Source: a virus
Lineage: Duplodnaviria; Caudoviricetes
Virus record (IMG/VR): IMGVR_UViG_3300027265_000001
Span: 1-48,853 of that record
Length of the DNA: 48,853 bases
Reading direction: 5' to 3' (one strand)
The number at the start of each line of letters is the position of its first letter. The stretch's first letter is position 1. The translations under genes and the position numbers were made by a program. Below are positions 20,635 to 28,016 of this stretch, in pieces. Under the pieces are notes generated by a model. That model ran no database searches, had not been told where the DNA came from, and saw only the letters and a program-made list of their open reading frames with translations.

Positions 20635-21006
20635 ATGAACAGTCTAGATGTCTCCGCGGCATGCTATATAGAGGGTCAGTTCCCGGGAATGAATAATATC
20701 GTTGCCGCTAGCAAGACTCACTACGCAGTTTACTCAAAAATGAAAAAGGAAAACACCGAAATCTTTCGGTTGGCAACGGCTAGGTTCCCGAAATTCACAA
20801 AGCCGGTTACAATTACTTTTACATGGTTCTACAAAAATATCAGGAGGGACCCTGACAACATGATGGCGGCCCAGAAGTTTGCCCTAGATGGCATGGTGGC
20901 CGCCGGAGTGATCCCGAATGACACTGGCAAGGAAATAGCCTGTCTTAATCATATATTTATCCATGGAGAGAAGAACGGTGTCCAGATCGAAATTGAAGAG
21001 TTTTGA
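20635..21006 (+). CDS. rusA: RusA-like Holliday junction resolvase
   Basis: RRDPDN..AAQKFALDGMVAAGVIPND motif. Confidence 0.85.
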   Translation: MNSLDVSAACYIEGQFPGMNNIVAASKTHYAVYSKMKKENTEIFRLATARFPKFTKPVTITFTWFYKNIRRDPDNMMAAQKFALDGMVAAGVIPNDTGKEIACLNHIFIHGEKNGVQIEIEEF

Positions 21007-21029
21007 CCCCCGTGCTATAATATATATAG
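20993..21029 (+). promoter_or_regulatory. Promoter TTGAAG-N17-TATAAT with the TATATATAG tail and no downstream + strand ORF
   Basis: TGCTATAATATATATAG matches the recurrent motif. Confidence 0.55.
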
Positions 21030-21079
21030 TATTTAGTTTTCGTATCAGGGGCGGGGCCCCTCTTTCTCACCTACCCTCC

Positions 21080-21106
21080 AACCTCTAGCGCAAGCTAGGG
21101 GTTTTT
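21080..21106 (+). terminator. Intrinsic terminator at the convergence of the two genome arms
   Basis: AACCTCTAGC-GCAA-GCTAGGGGTT followed by T residues. Confidence 0.8.
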
Positions 21107-21413
21107 AATTTAGGATGTCGTTGAGTGCTTTCGTTACTTTGGTGGATTTAGTTCTGGCCGGTTTATCTCTAGTGGGGCGGATCCTCACTGATTTGATTGG
21201 CGTTTTGTATTCTTCTTCCCACGAGAATAGGATGAGACCGAGATCGTGGGCTCGTTCGATGTTGGCGTGGACCCAGTCGTGATGCCTACGGCAAAGAGGG
21301 CACTTATTGGCTTCTCTGTCCGAGCCTCCTTCGCTCCTTTGCTTGATATGATGCCTATCTGTAAAAAGTGCGCCACAATGATCTACAACACACGGTCTAT
21401 ATTGACTTATCAT
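21105..21413 (-). CDS. HNH endonuclease
   Basis: C..C, DRHHIKQRSEGGSD..N.CPLCRRHH motif. Confidence 0.85.
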   Translation of the reverse strand: MISQYRPCVVDHCGALFTDRHHIKQRSEGGSDREANKCPLCRRHHDWVHANIERAHDLGLILFSWEEEYKTPIKSVRIRPTRDKPARTKSTKVTKALNDILN

Positions 21414-21543
21414 CGGTAGTATTCTTGAAGACTACTCGATCTGTATATTCAGCTTTTTTACCCTCGTTCCAGTTTGACACCGGTCTGATGTAGCCGACTA
21501 CACGCGAATAGACCTCACATTTAGTTCTTGATTCGTTAGACAT
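21397..21543 (-). CDS. Stand-alone NrdD-type glycyl-radical domain (48 aa)
   Basis: CEVYSRVVGYIRPVSNWNEGKKAEY.DR matches the class III RNR C-terminus; AAGGGGGAG RBS before the ATG at 21543. Confidence 0.85.
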   Translation of the reverse strand: MSNESRTKCEVYSRVVGYIRPVSNWNEGKKAEYTDRVVFKNTTDDKSI

Positions 21544-21565
21544 ATCTCCCCCTTCTTTTATTAAC

Positions 21566-21608
21566 TGTGGATAAACCCTTGACAAAAGTGACACAAGTGT
21601 GGTATACT
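21566..21608 (+). promoter_or_regulatory. DnaA box followed by a sigma70-type promoter (TTGACA-N18-TATACT, extended TG)
   Basis: TGTGGATAA 21566-21574; TTGACA 21579-21584; TGGTATACT 21600-21608. Confidence 0.75.
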
Positions 21609-21614
21609 GCTAAT

Positions 21615-21707
21615 CCCTGAACAGGTGTTCGGCATTTACCCACCGCATAGGGTCAGCGGCTATAGGCGTTCGAGTGAAAGTTCCCCTCTCACTGGAGCGT
21701 CTTTTTT
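21615..21707 (+). ncRNA. Candidate small RNA of about 90 nt
   Basis: Lies between a consensus promoter and an intrinsic terminator (AGGCGTTC.AGTGA...TCACT.GAGCGTCT-TTTTT, 21664-21707); carries GGTGTTCGGCA. Confidence 0.6.
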
Positions 21708-21766
21708 GTTGGTTGGGGGCCCGCGGGATTACCACGGACCCCCTCAACTCAGCTGGGATCGCCAGC

Positions 21767-21946
21767 CTAGCTGTCCGGAGTGTGGACACCTCGTGCGCGC
21801 TCGTTGCGAGACCTGATGGCCTGAGCGGACTCGGAGGCCTTTCGGGTGAACTGCCGCCCCGCCATCTCAGCCATATAGAACCGATAGGTGGAACAGGTCG
21901 CCCCGCACGTCTTGGACTTCTTGCAGTGATGGCAAGGATGTTCCAT
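21767..21946 (-). CDS. Small Cys-rich protein (59 aa, MEHPCHHCKKSKTCGATC...), below the ORF-track cutoff
   Basis: Strong AGGGAGGTG RBS; open to the TAG at 21767. Confidence 0.65.
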   Translation of the reverse strand: MEHPCHHCKKSKTCGATCSTYRFYMAEMAGRQFTRKASESAQAIRSRNERARGVHTPDS

Positions 21947-21948
21947 GA

Positions 21949-22227
21949 TTACACCTCCCTAGGAATTGGGACTCGGTGATTCCAGTCCACCTGAGTCTGA
22001 TGATAACAACACATGCTAGAGAACTCACACGGCCCGTGATGGCAAAGGCGGCGGAGACCGTCCTTGCAGCGAGCCATGAAATGCCCGTGATACTGGTGAT
22101 GACGAGAGTAGCTCATCTCCGTGACCTTGTTGAAGTTCCGATACAGCTTCTTCGGCCAGTAGAAATGGTGCTTGTCTTCACCCCCTCGCATCAGTTTCTG
22201 ATGCTTTTTGCTACCCTTCTTAGCCAA
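21949..22227 (-). CDS. His/Cys-rich hypothetical protein (possible HNH-like zinc fold), likely TTG start
   Basis: GGGGGTGAGAGGG before TTG; DKHH...HHQYHGH...C..CHH..C. Confidence 0.55.
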   Translation of the reverse strand: MAKKGSKKHQKLMRGGEDKHHFYWPKKLYRNFNKVTEMSYSRHHQYHGHFMARCKDGLRRLCHHGPCEFSSMCCYHQTQVDWNHRVPIPREV

Positions 22228-22332
22228 CCCTCTCACCCCCCGGTGATCGGTTTGAGATATTCCCCACATCTCAAACGGTGTATTGTGCTACCTATAATTA
22301 TACGCCGTTTTAGAGCTTATATAAAGTTAAAA

Positions 22333-22407
22333 TGGATCCCGAGGTAGGGGTCGAACCTACAATACAGAGCTTCAAAGGCTCCTGCCTTACCATTTGGCTA
22401 CTCGGGA
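22333..22407 (-). tRNA. tRNA-Gln(UUG)
   Basis: Cloverleaf TCCCGAG/CTCGGGA, loop CT-TTG-AA, TTCGA T-loop, encoded CCA. Confidence 0.9.
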
Positions 22408-22410
22408 ATA

Positions 22411-22496
22411 TGGTGTCAGAGGGGAGAGTCGAACTCCCAATCCGCTGAGGGCACTAGTTTCTAAAACTAGCGTGTATACCATTCCACCACTCTGAC
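22411..22496 (-). tRNA. tRNA-Leu(UAG)
   Basis: GTCAGAG/CTCTGAC, loop TT-TAG-AA, long variable arm, A73, CCA. Confidence 0.92.
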
Positions 22497-22498
22497 AT

Positions 22499-22576
22499 TG
22501 GTGGGCCCTGAAGGACTCGAACCTTCAATCCGGCGGCTTTTGAGACCGCTGCGTCTACCAGTTGCGCCAAGGGCCC
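22499..22576 (-). tRNA. tRNA-Leu(CAA) with a short variable region
   Basis: GGGCCCT/AGGGCCC, loop CT-CAA-AA, 6-nt variable region, A73, CCA. Confidence 0.85.
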
Positions 22577-22577
22577 G

Positions 22578-22653
22578 TGGTCGAGATGCTGGGATTCGAA
22601 CCCAGATGGCCTCCGTCACAGGGAGGAATCCTAGCCGTTAGATGACAGTCTCG
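22578..22653 (-). tRNA. Atypical tRNA with a GUG (His) anticodon
   Basis: Loop CT-GTG-AC, CTGGG-TTCGAAT-CCCAG T-arm, CCA; bulged acceptor stem. Confidence 0.75.
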
Positions 22654-22690
22654 AAAAAAGTCCCCCGCGGACATAGAACATCCCCGGGGG
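22654..22690 (-). terminator. Terminator-like hairpin after the lysozyme gene, abutting the tRNA cluster
   Basis: CCCCCG.GGA...TCC.CGGGGG-AC-TTTTTT on the - strand. Confidence 0.55.
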
Positions 22691-22781
22691 CAACAGAATT
22701 GAGCTCTGGTCTTACACTTACGATGCCAGATATTCATATACCCAAGCGAAGGCGATTCCCCAAGCTAGCAGCTGATACATT

Positions 22782-23378
22782 TTAGTGCCTCCCCAGTATG
22801 GCGTATGCGTATTCTATACGTCTCGCTTCGTTACAATCTCCGCATCTTTCGAATTGATTCTGGAAGATGCGCGTTGCAGCGGTTACGTCATCTGGAAGGT
22901 TAATGTTACTCATCTCACTTACCATGAATGATAACTGAGTGCTCAGGCTATATGGATTCTCCATCGACATGAGGTTAGATTTTCTACCTCCGGTCCATTG
23001 GGCCAGACCATCACCGGATGTTTGGAAGCCGTGCTCTTGTTGCAGGTTCCCCATAATCCCAGCAGTTTGATTCCTCGTAAATCTTACGATCAGGAAGTCC
23101 CAGACTGCTTGTTCATTGTCCGCTACGATGGCCTTAGGAACCACATAGACGGGGCTAGGAACTACTTTTACCGGTTCAGGCTTAGGTAGTGGGTTACCTA
23201 CCGGGAAAGGCGCCGTTGGATAGGTCGCTTCCGGCCGGTAGGTTATTTCCTTGTAAATTGGTGCTGGGTCTAATGTTGGTGTTTGTTTAGGTTGATTACT
23301 CGCGAAAACCGCTCGTGCTATGCCGATTGCCAGTATTGCTACCAGTGCTACGGTCAGCCAAAATAGTTTTTTACTCGT
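22782..23378 (-). CDS. Membrane-anchored or secreted phage-tail-lysozyme family muramidase; probable ACG start
   Basis: AGIMGNLQQE, GLAQWTGGR and FQNQFERC motifs; frame open upstream of 23144 through a Pro-rich linker and signal/TM segment to an ACG preceded by GAGGGG. Confidence 0.75.
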   Translation of the reverse strand, partial: TSKKLFWLTVALVAILAIGIARAVFASNQPKQTPTLDPAPIYKEITYRPEATYPTAPFPVGNPLPKPEPVKVVPSPVYVVPKAIVADNEQAVWDFLIVRFTRNQTAGIMGNLQQEHGFQTSGDGLAQWTGGRKSNLMSMENPYSLSTQLSFMVSEMSNINLPDDVTAATRIFQNQFERCGDCNEARRIEYAYAILGRH

Positions 23379-23463
23379 GTCTTCCCCTCTTTTTAGTGAT
23401 AGCCACCAGATGTCTTGTATGATCCGGCTGTTCTCCCTCGCAGTTAGTTAAGACTATATATAA

Positions 23464-23820
23464 TTATACAATCTTTGCTGCTTTTTTTCTAGGTTTTCGG
23501 GGCTCGACCAGTGGCATGAACTCGCCAATTTTGTATACTTGAGAGTATACTTCTCGCCCTCGGACTTCCGCTACTAATCGGCATTCCTCAACAATATCTG
23601 AATCCAGATCCTCATTCATCCAGATGGTTACGACTGTCCCGGTAACAAGCTTTTGAAGCCAGTAAGGAAGCTTTCGCAACCTTGGTCCAACATAACTATT
23701 ATAGAGAAGTTTTCCCATCTGTTTGGCGTGCGAGATCATACTCTCCGATGCAAATAGCTTGTCAGCAAATGCAGCTTCAGATTTGGCGATTGCTTTTTGT
23801 AGCCTAGTTTCCTCCTTCAT
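23464..23820 (-). CDS. Hypothetical protein
   Basis: GAGGG RBS; operon context. Confidence 0.7.
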   Translation of the reverse strand: MKEETRLQKAIAKSEAAFADKLFASESMISHAKQMGKLLYNSYVGPRLRKLPYWLQKLVTGTVVTIWMNEDLDSDIVEECRLVAEVRGREVYSQVYKIGEFMPLVEPRKPRKKAAKIV

Positions 23821-23828
23821 GCGTCCCT

Positions 23829-24107
23829 CTACAATTCTATGTTACGGACCATCTCTTCGATCCGGGCGTTATTGCGTAGGGCTTTGTCGTTCATCTCTTC
23901 TAATGATCGACCAACATCGGTCATCCTAGGATTGACTCCATTTTTGACATCAGGCTCTGGGGTTTGCTTTGATACTGGAGCTACCTTTCGCTCGAGAAGG
24001 CTAATAAGCTCACTTTGAGATGCCAGAGTGCTCTCTATCATCATGAATACTTCTTGTATTTCCGATACTCTTTCTACTGCATCACAACCTTCATCTATTC
24101 TAGCCAT
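23829..24107 (-). CDS. Coiled-coil hypothetical protein
   Basis: AGGAGG RBS, TAATG coupling. Confidence 0.7.
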   Translation of the reverse strand: MARIDEGCDAVERVSEIQEVFMMIESTLASQSELISLLERKVAPVSKQTPEPDVKNGVNPRMTDVGRSLEEMNDKALRNNARIEEMVRNIEL

Positions 24108-24352
24108 TATTTTGCCTCCTGATCGTAGATATTTACTCCACCGGCCTGAGCCTGAAGGAATTTACCTAGTCTCATTACAGCATCCTCAACGTGGCGATAA
24201 GCCAGTGTCAGATTAGCCATTTCTTCTCCGCGGTCCTCGATACCATCTACTTCACAATTATTGAGATAGCTTTTGATCTCGTTGATTTTTACTCCGAATG
24301 CCTTACCTTCAGCACGAAGCTCGCTGATTTGATCTTTAACTGATGGTCCCAT
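24107..24352 (-). CDS. Small helical-hairpin protein, possible Acb2/Tad1-like nucleotide sponge
   Basis: 'RGEEMANLTLAYRHVEDAVMRLGK' resembles the Acb2/Tad1 hairpin helix; AAGGAG RBS. Confidence 0.45.
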   Translation of the reverse strand: MGPSVKDQISELRAEGKAFGVKINEIKSYLNNCEVDGIEDRGEEMANLTLAYRHVEDAVMRLGKFLQAQAGGVNIYDQEAK

Positions 24353-25310
24353 TTTGGATCTCCTTTTTTATTTGTTTTAACACGTCTGGGCTGTCTTTCA
24401 GCCATTTTTTTGCCGCTTCTTTGCCTTGCGCCACGGCTTCATCCTGATACTTCACCCAAGCACCAGACATCTTCACGATGCCCTTTGCGATGGCTAGGTC
24501 AAGTATTTCCCCTTCTACCGAGATGCCCTCATTATACATGACGTCAAATTCTGCGGTTTTGAACGGCGGGGCGACTTTGTTTTTCACAATTTTGGCGTAG
24601 ACGCGGATGCCGTTAATCCCTTCGTCTATCTTACGGGCTCGTAGTTCAACCCGCACGGAAGCAGCAAATTTCAATGCCATGCCTCCCGGTGTAACTACAG
24701 GGGAACCGTAACCTCCAATATTCATTCGGGTTTGGTTAATGAAAATAACCACCGTATTGGTCTTGTTGATAATGGCCAGCATCTTTCTGGTAGCCTGACC
24801 CATGAGTCTTGCCAGAAGCCCCATGTGCGAATCCCCAATGGCCCCTTCAAGCTCGGCTCTTGGAGTAAGCGCTGCAACTGAGTCGATAACAATGACTCCA
24901 ACCTTACCTGATTTAAGCATGTCCTCACAGATTTGAAGTGCTTGTTCTCCGCTGTCAGGCTGGGATATGAGCATACTATCAGTGTCGAGTCCGCACTTTT
25001 GAGCGTATGAAGGATCAAAAGATTGTTCTGCATCAACAAGGAGCACACCTTCGCCGAGCTTTTGTGCTTCGGCCATCGCATGATAAGCAAGCGTTGTCTT
25101 TGCGGAACTCTGAGGTCCATATATTTCGACAATTCGTCCGCGAGGGAAACCGCCTCCGATAGCGTCATCGAGCGATACTGAGCCACTTGATAGGAAAGAA
25201 ACATCCATGGAATGCTTATCGCCAAATGACATGATTGAGCCTTTACCGAACTTTTTCTCGACACCTTGTATTGCATCTTGCAGTTCCTCCTGTAGGTTAC
25301 TTTTTGCCAT
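24336..25310 (-). CDS. recA: RecA recombinase (start MAKSNL)
   Basis: GGFPRGRIVEIYGPQSSAKTT, VIVIDSVAAL, FINQTR, TPGGMALKFAASVR, KNKVAPPFK. Confidence 0.97.
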   Translation of the reverse strand: MAKSNLQEELQDAIQGVEKKFGKGSIMSFGDKHSMDVSFLSSGSVSLDDAIGGGFPRGRIVEIYGPQSSAKTTLAYHAMAEAQKLGEGVLLVDAEQSFDPSYAQKCGLDTDSMLISQPDSGEQALQICEDMLKSGKVGVIVIDSVAALTPRAELEGAIGDSHMGLLARLMGQATRKMLAIINKTNTVVIFINQTRMNIGGYGSPVVTPGGMALKFAASVRVELRARKIDEGINGIRVYAKIVKNKVAPPFKTAEFDVMYNEGISVEGEILDLAIAKGIVKMSGAWVKYQDEAVAQGKEAAKKWLKDSPDVLKQIKKEIQNGTIS

Positions 25311-25686
25311 GTTTATCCCTCCACTTTCTATAAAAATTATAGACCTTGAACGGAACACTATCCTCCATTTGACCGATTCTGTGACTTAGCTCGTAGATTG
25401 TTTTATGGCAAGCCTCTTGCTCTCGGTTTATGATACCTTCTATCAGCGGCATTACCTTCTTGGCATCGCTGAAACAGATATAATAGTCTTCCCTGAAAAG
25501 TCCTCCAGCAGAGGCTAGTCGAATCCGCTGATAGATTTTCTCCTCATAGAGGGCTACGCTTTCGGGGAGTGGCTGCCCCTCAAAACCAACGAAAGGGTCT
25601 CCCTCAATGAGTATTCGCTTCCTGAACACATCTTGTCCTTTAGGGACTGCCACCTCTTCTTCGATGAAGTCTATGATTTTAGCCAT
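25297..25686 (-). CDS. Hypothetical protein
   Basis: GGAG RBS; overlaps the recA start. Confidence 0.65.
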   Translation of the reverse strand: MAKIIDFIEEEVAVPKGQDVFRKRILIEGDPFVGFEGQPLPESVALYEEKIYQRIRLASAGGLFREDYYICFSDAKKVMPLIEGIINREQEACHKTIYELSHRIGQMEDSVPFKVYNFYRKWRDKHGKK

Positions 25687-25689
25687 TTT

Positions 25690-25911
25690 CTAACTCCCAT
25701 CAGGGACTTCGGTAAAGTCGATATAATACGACCTACCGATTTCGAATGATACTGCCTCATTCTTCACCGTCATCGTTAGATTGCCAGCCGGAGTAGTCCC
25801 AAAGAACATTTCATTCTCGGGGCTTCCAGATGTCACTGGACTAAACTCGTAGGTTACAGCCCAAGTGGTTTCCTTTTTCGACACGCAGGTAAATTTTGCT
25901 CTTACCATCAT
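25690..25911 (-). CDS. Conserved small beta protein (VRAKF...SPENE.FF.TTPAG...YYIDFT)
   Basis: ATGA overlap with the phosphoesterase gene; pattern recalled from other phage hypothetical proteins. Confidence 0.7.
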   Translation of the reverse strand: MMVRAKFTCVSKKETTWAVTYEFSPVTSGSPENEMFFGTTPAGNLTMTVKNEAVSFEIGRSYYIDFTEVPDGS

Positions 25912-26408
25912 TTCTCTCTTTCTTGTATAAAATTCTTTAATAATACCGGTTGATAATCTGTGTATTCTAGGGCCAGAAGCTTATTGAATTTTCTAGTCAC
26001 TATGTTGGCGTGATGCCCATTAGCATCGTGCATGTGGCCATGGATGTTGATGTCGAACGATCCGTCCCATGCTATCGGGATGTGAGTAAACGCGATGCGC
26101 TTACCGAACATCTCGAACTGGAATCTGTCTACCACGGCATCCCAACCATTGTTGAGATACCAGTGTATTGTTTTGCGGTCATGGTTGCCCTTGACGAGAA
26201 TCGTTCTACAACCTAGCTCTTCTTTGAACCAGTTGCTATTTTCTGAATCTGCTCCGATGCAGATGTCCCCTAGATGGATGAGAAGATCCCCCGGTTTCAC
26301 GTTTCTTCTTAACGCATTCTTGATCTTACACTCAAAGTCCTCTGGTCGACCAAAGGCTACTAGAGCCTCGTGAGAAAAATGAGTATCCGTTGTCAGCCAT
26401 ATTTTCAT
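25908..26408 (-). CDS. Calcineurin-like metallophosphoesterase
   Basis: DTH, HLGD, GNHD, TH and HGHMH motifs. Confidence 0.92.
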   Translation of the reverse strand: MKIWLTTDTHFSHEALVAFGRPEDFECKIKNALRRNVKPGDLLIHLGDICIGADSENSNWFKEELGCRTILVKGNHDRKTIHWYLNNGWDAVVDRFQFEMFGKRIAFTHIPIAWDGSFDINIHGHMHDANGHHANIVTRKFNKLLALEYTDYQPVLLKNFIQEREK

Positions 26409-26410
26409 TG

Positions 26411-27568
26411 TTACCCCTTCACTACTGCGAGAGGAGTGAGCGTGTGGACGATCTCCACTAGGTCCTTCTGATTCTCCATTACTACCTCGATGTCTTTGTA
26501 TGCTCCCGGTGCTTCATCAAGCTGGTGGATGCCACGGACCCCGTGTAGCACTCCCATTGCGTCAAGCGCGGCTACTTCAGCTTCCAAGTCAAGGCGTCTC
26601 TCAGCATCTTTTCTGCCCATTTTTCGTCCTGCTCCATGAGAACAACTATTAAAAGACTCATGATTACCCAAGCCACGAACAATATAGCTTTTGCTTCCTT
26701 GGGAACCCGGGATAATCCCGATATTTCCTGCACCCGCATAAGTGGCTCCTTTCCTGTGAACCATAACGTCTTTGCCGTAGTGGTGCTCCATCTTGGCATA
26801 GTTATGGGCGATGTTAATAATCTCATCGAACTCAGCCCCAAGCTCTTTGCTCTTAAAGATGTCGATGACGGCATTCATCATGTGCTTACGGTTGGCTAGA
26901 GCGAATTCAACACAGTAGTTCATGTCCATGATATAGTCTTTGCCTTCGACTGAATCCAGTGGCAGGAAGGCTAGCTCATGTTTCTTTGGAATTTGTGAAA
27001 AATACTGTTCATTTAATTTCACAGCTATCTTGTTGTGATGGTCTGCGACTGTTTTCCCTAGGTTACGAGAACCTGAGTGAATCATAATCCAGATGTGGCC
27101 ATCTTCATCCTTCTGGATCTCGATGAAGTGGTTACCACCTCCGAGGGTCCCGAGAGACTTCCGGGCGTTGTTGTATTGCTCTGGTATCACTGACCCGAAA
27201 TCTAACTTAGGCATCAGGGCCTCGTCCTGCATTTCTTGGTGCTTGTTGAATCCCAGAGGAATCGCATTACGAATCTCTCCAACGATTTCTTTCAGCACAT
27301 CGATGTCTAGGTAGGTAAGTGAAGTCCGGACAGCACACATCCCGCATCCGATGTCTACACCGACTGCGTTCGGGATGACTACGCCCTTGGTAGCGATAAC
27401 GCCACCGATAGGCATGCCGTATCCTTGATGGCTATCTGGCATGATGGCAACGTGATGAAGGATGAAGGGAAGCTCAGCCAAGTTTTTAGCTTGGGCCATT
27501 GCCCCGTCCTCAATATCATCCAGCCATAGGTAGATTGGGAATCTTGTTTCTTCTGCTATTACTTTCAT
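26411..27568 (-). CDS. rtcB: RtcB RNA ligase
   Basis: MPDSH, VGVDIGCG, GTLGGGNHFIE, HSGSR, HNY, HRKGA, SHGAGR, DEAPGAYK. Confidence 0.97.
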   Translation of the reverse strand: MKVIAEETRFPIYLWLDDIEDGAMAQAKNLAELPFILHHVAIMPDSHQGYGMPIGGVIATKGVVIPNAVGVDIGCGMCAVRTSLTYLDIDVLKEIVGEIRNAIPLGFNKHQEMQDEALMPKLDFGSVIPEQYNNARKSLGTLGGGNHFIEIQKDEDGHIWIMIHSGSRNLGKTVADHHNKIAVKLNEQYFSQIPKKHELAFLPLDSVEGKDYIMDMNYCVEFALANRKHMMNAVIDIFKSKELGAEFDEIINIAHNYAKMEHHYGKDVMVHRKGATYAGAGNIGIIPGSQGSKSYIVRGLGNHESFNSCSHGAGRKMGRKDAERRLDLEAEVAALDAMGVLHGVRGIHQLDEAPGAYKDIEVVMENQKDLVEIVHTLTPLAVVKG

Positions 27569-27750
27569 ACTGTCTCCTTACGTTCATTCAACCCTTTGAA
27601 TAGAATTTCCTTACAAAGCCTACACTGCCAGACAGAGCCCTTTACCCTAGTCTTACATCTCGGATGTAAACATACGCTTCTTTTCTGCTCTTCTACTATA
27701 AAGGACCCTCCCGGCGTCCATGGCTTTGGTGGTAATCCTAATGTGCTCAT
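27565..27750 (-). CDS. Small zinc-finger-like protein (start MSTLGLPP)
   Basis: GAGGAGG RBS; CLHPRC...CRLC; ATGA overlap with rtcB. Confidence 0.6.
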   Translation of the reverse strand: MSTLGLPPKPWTPGGSFIVEEQKRSVCLHPRCKTRVKGSVWQCRLCKEILFKGLNERKETV

Positions 27751-28016
27751 TTTCCCTCCTCTTGGACCATTCCACGTTTTACCATGTCGGCCCACTCTTT
27801 CTTTGAATAAAATTCTTTTTGTAACTTTGGCTTAGCTCCGCATACAGAGCAAATCCCATCGTGGACTGTTTTACTTCCGCACATCTGCATCCTCCTGTGC
27901 GTAAAGTAGCTCTCCGAGGAGTATCCTACATCTCGTTCCTTCGTCTGAAAACATCTTATTTATGTAGTCAATCTTATCCGCGGCAATCATGTCTTTGATT
28001 ATATTGTGTATATCCA

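Noticed and set aside
21750-21950. GC-rich stretch as a large structured ncRNA (tmRNA or RNase P-like)
   Set aside because: It lacks the hallmark motifs and is explained by a 59-codon - strand ORF with a strong RBS
22333-22653. tRNA cluster as a prophage attachment site
   Set aside because: No integrase, no duplicated tRNA 3' end and no flanking host DNA; the tRNAs are phage cargo
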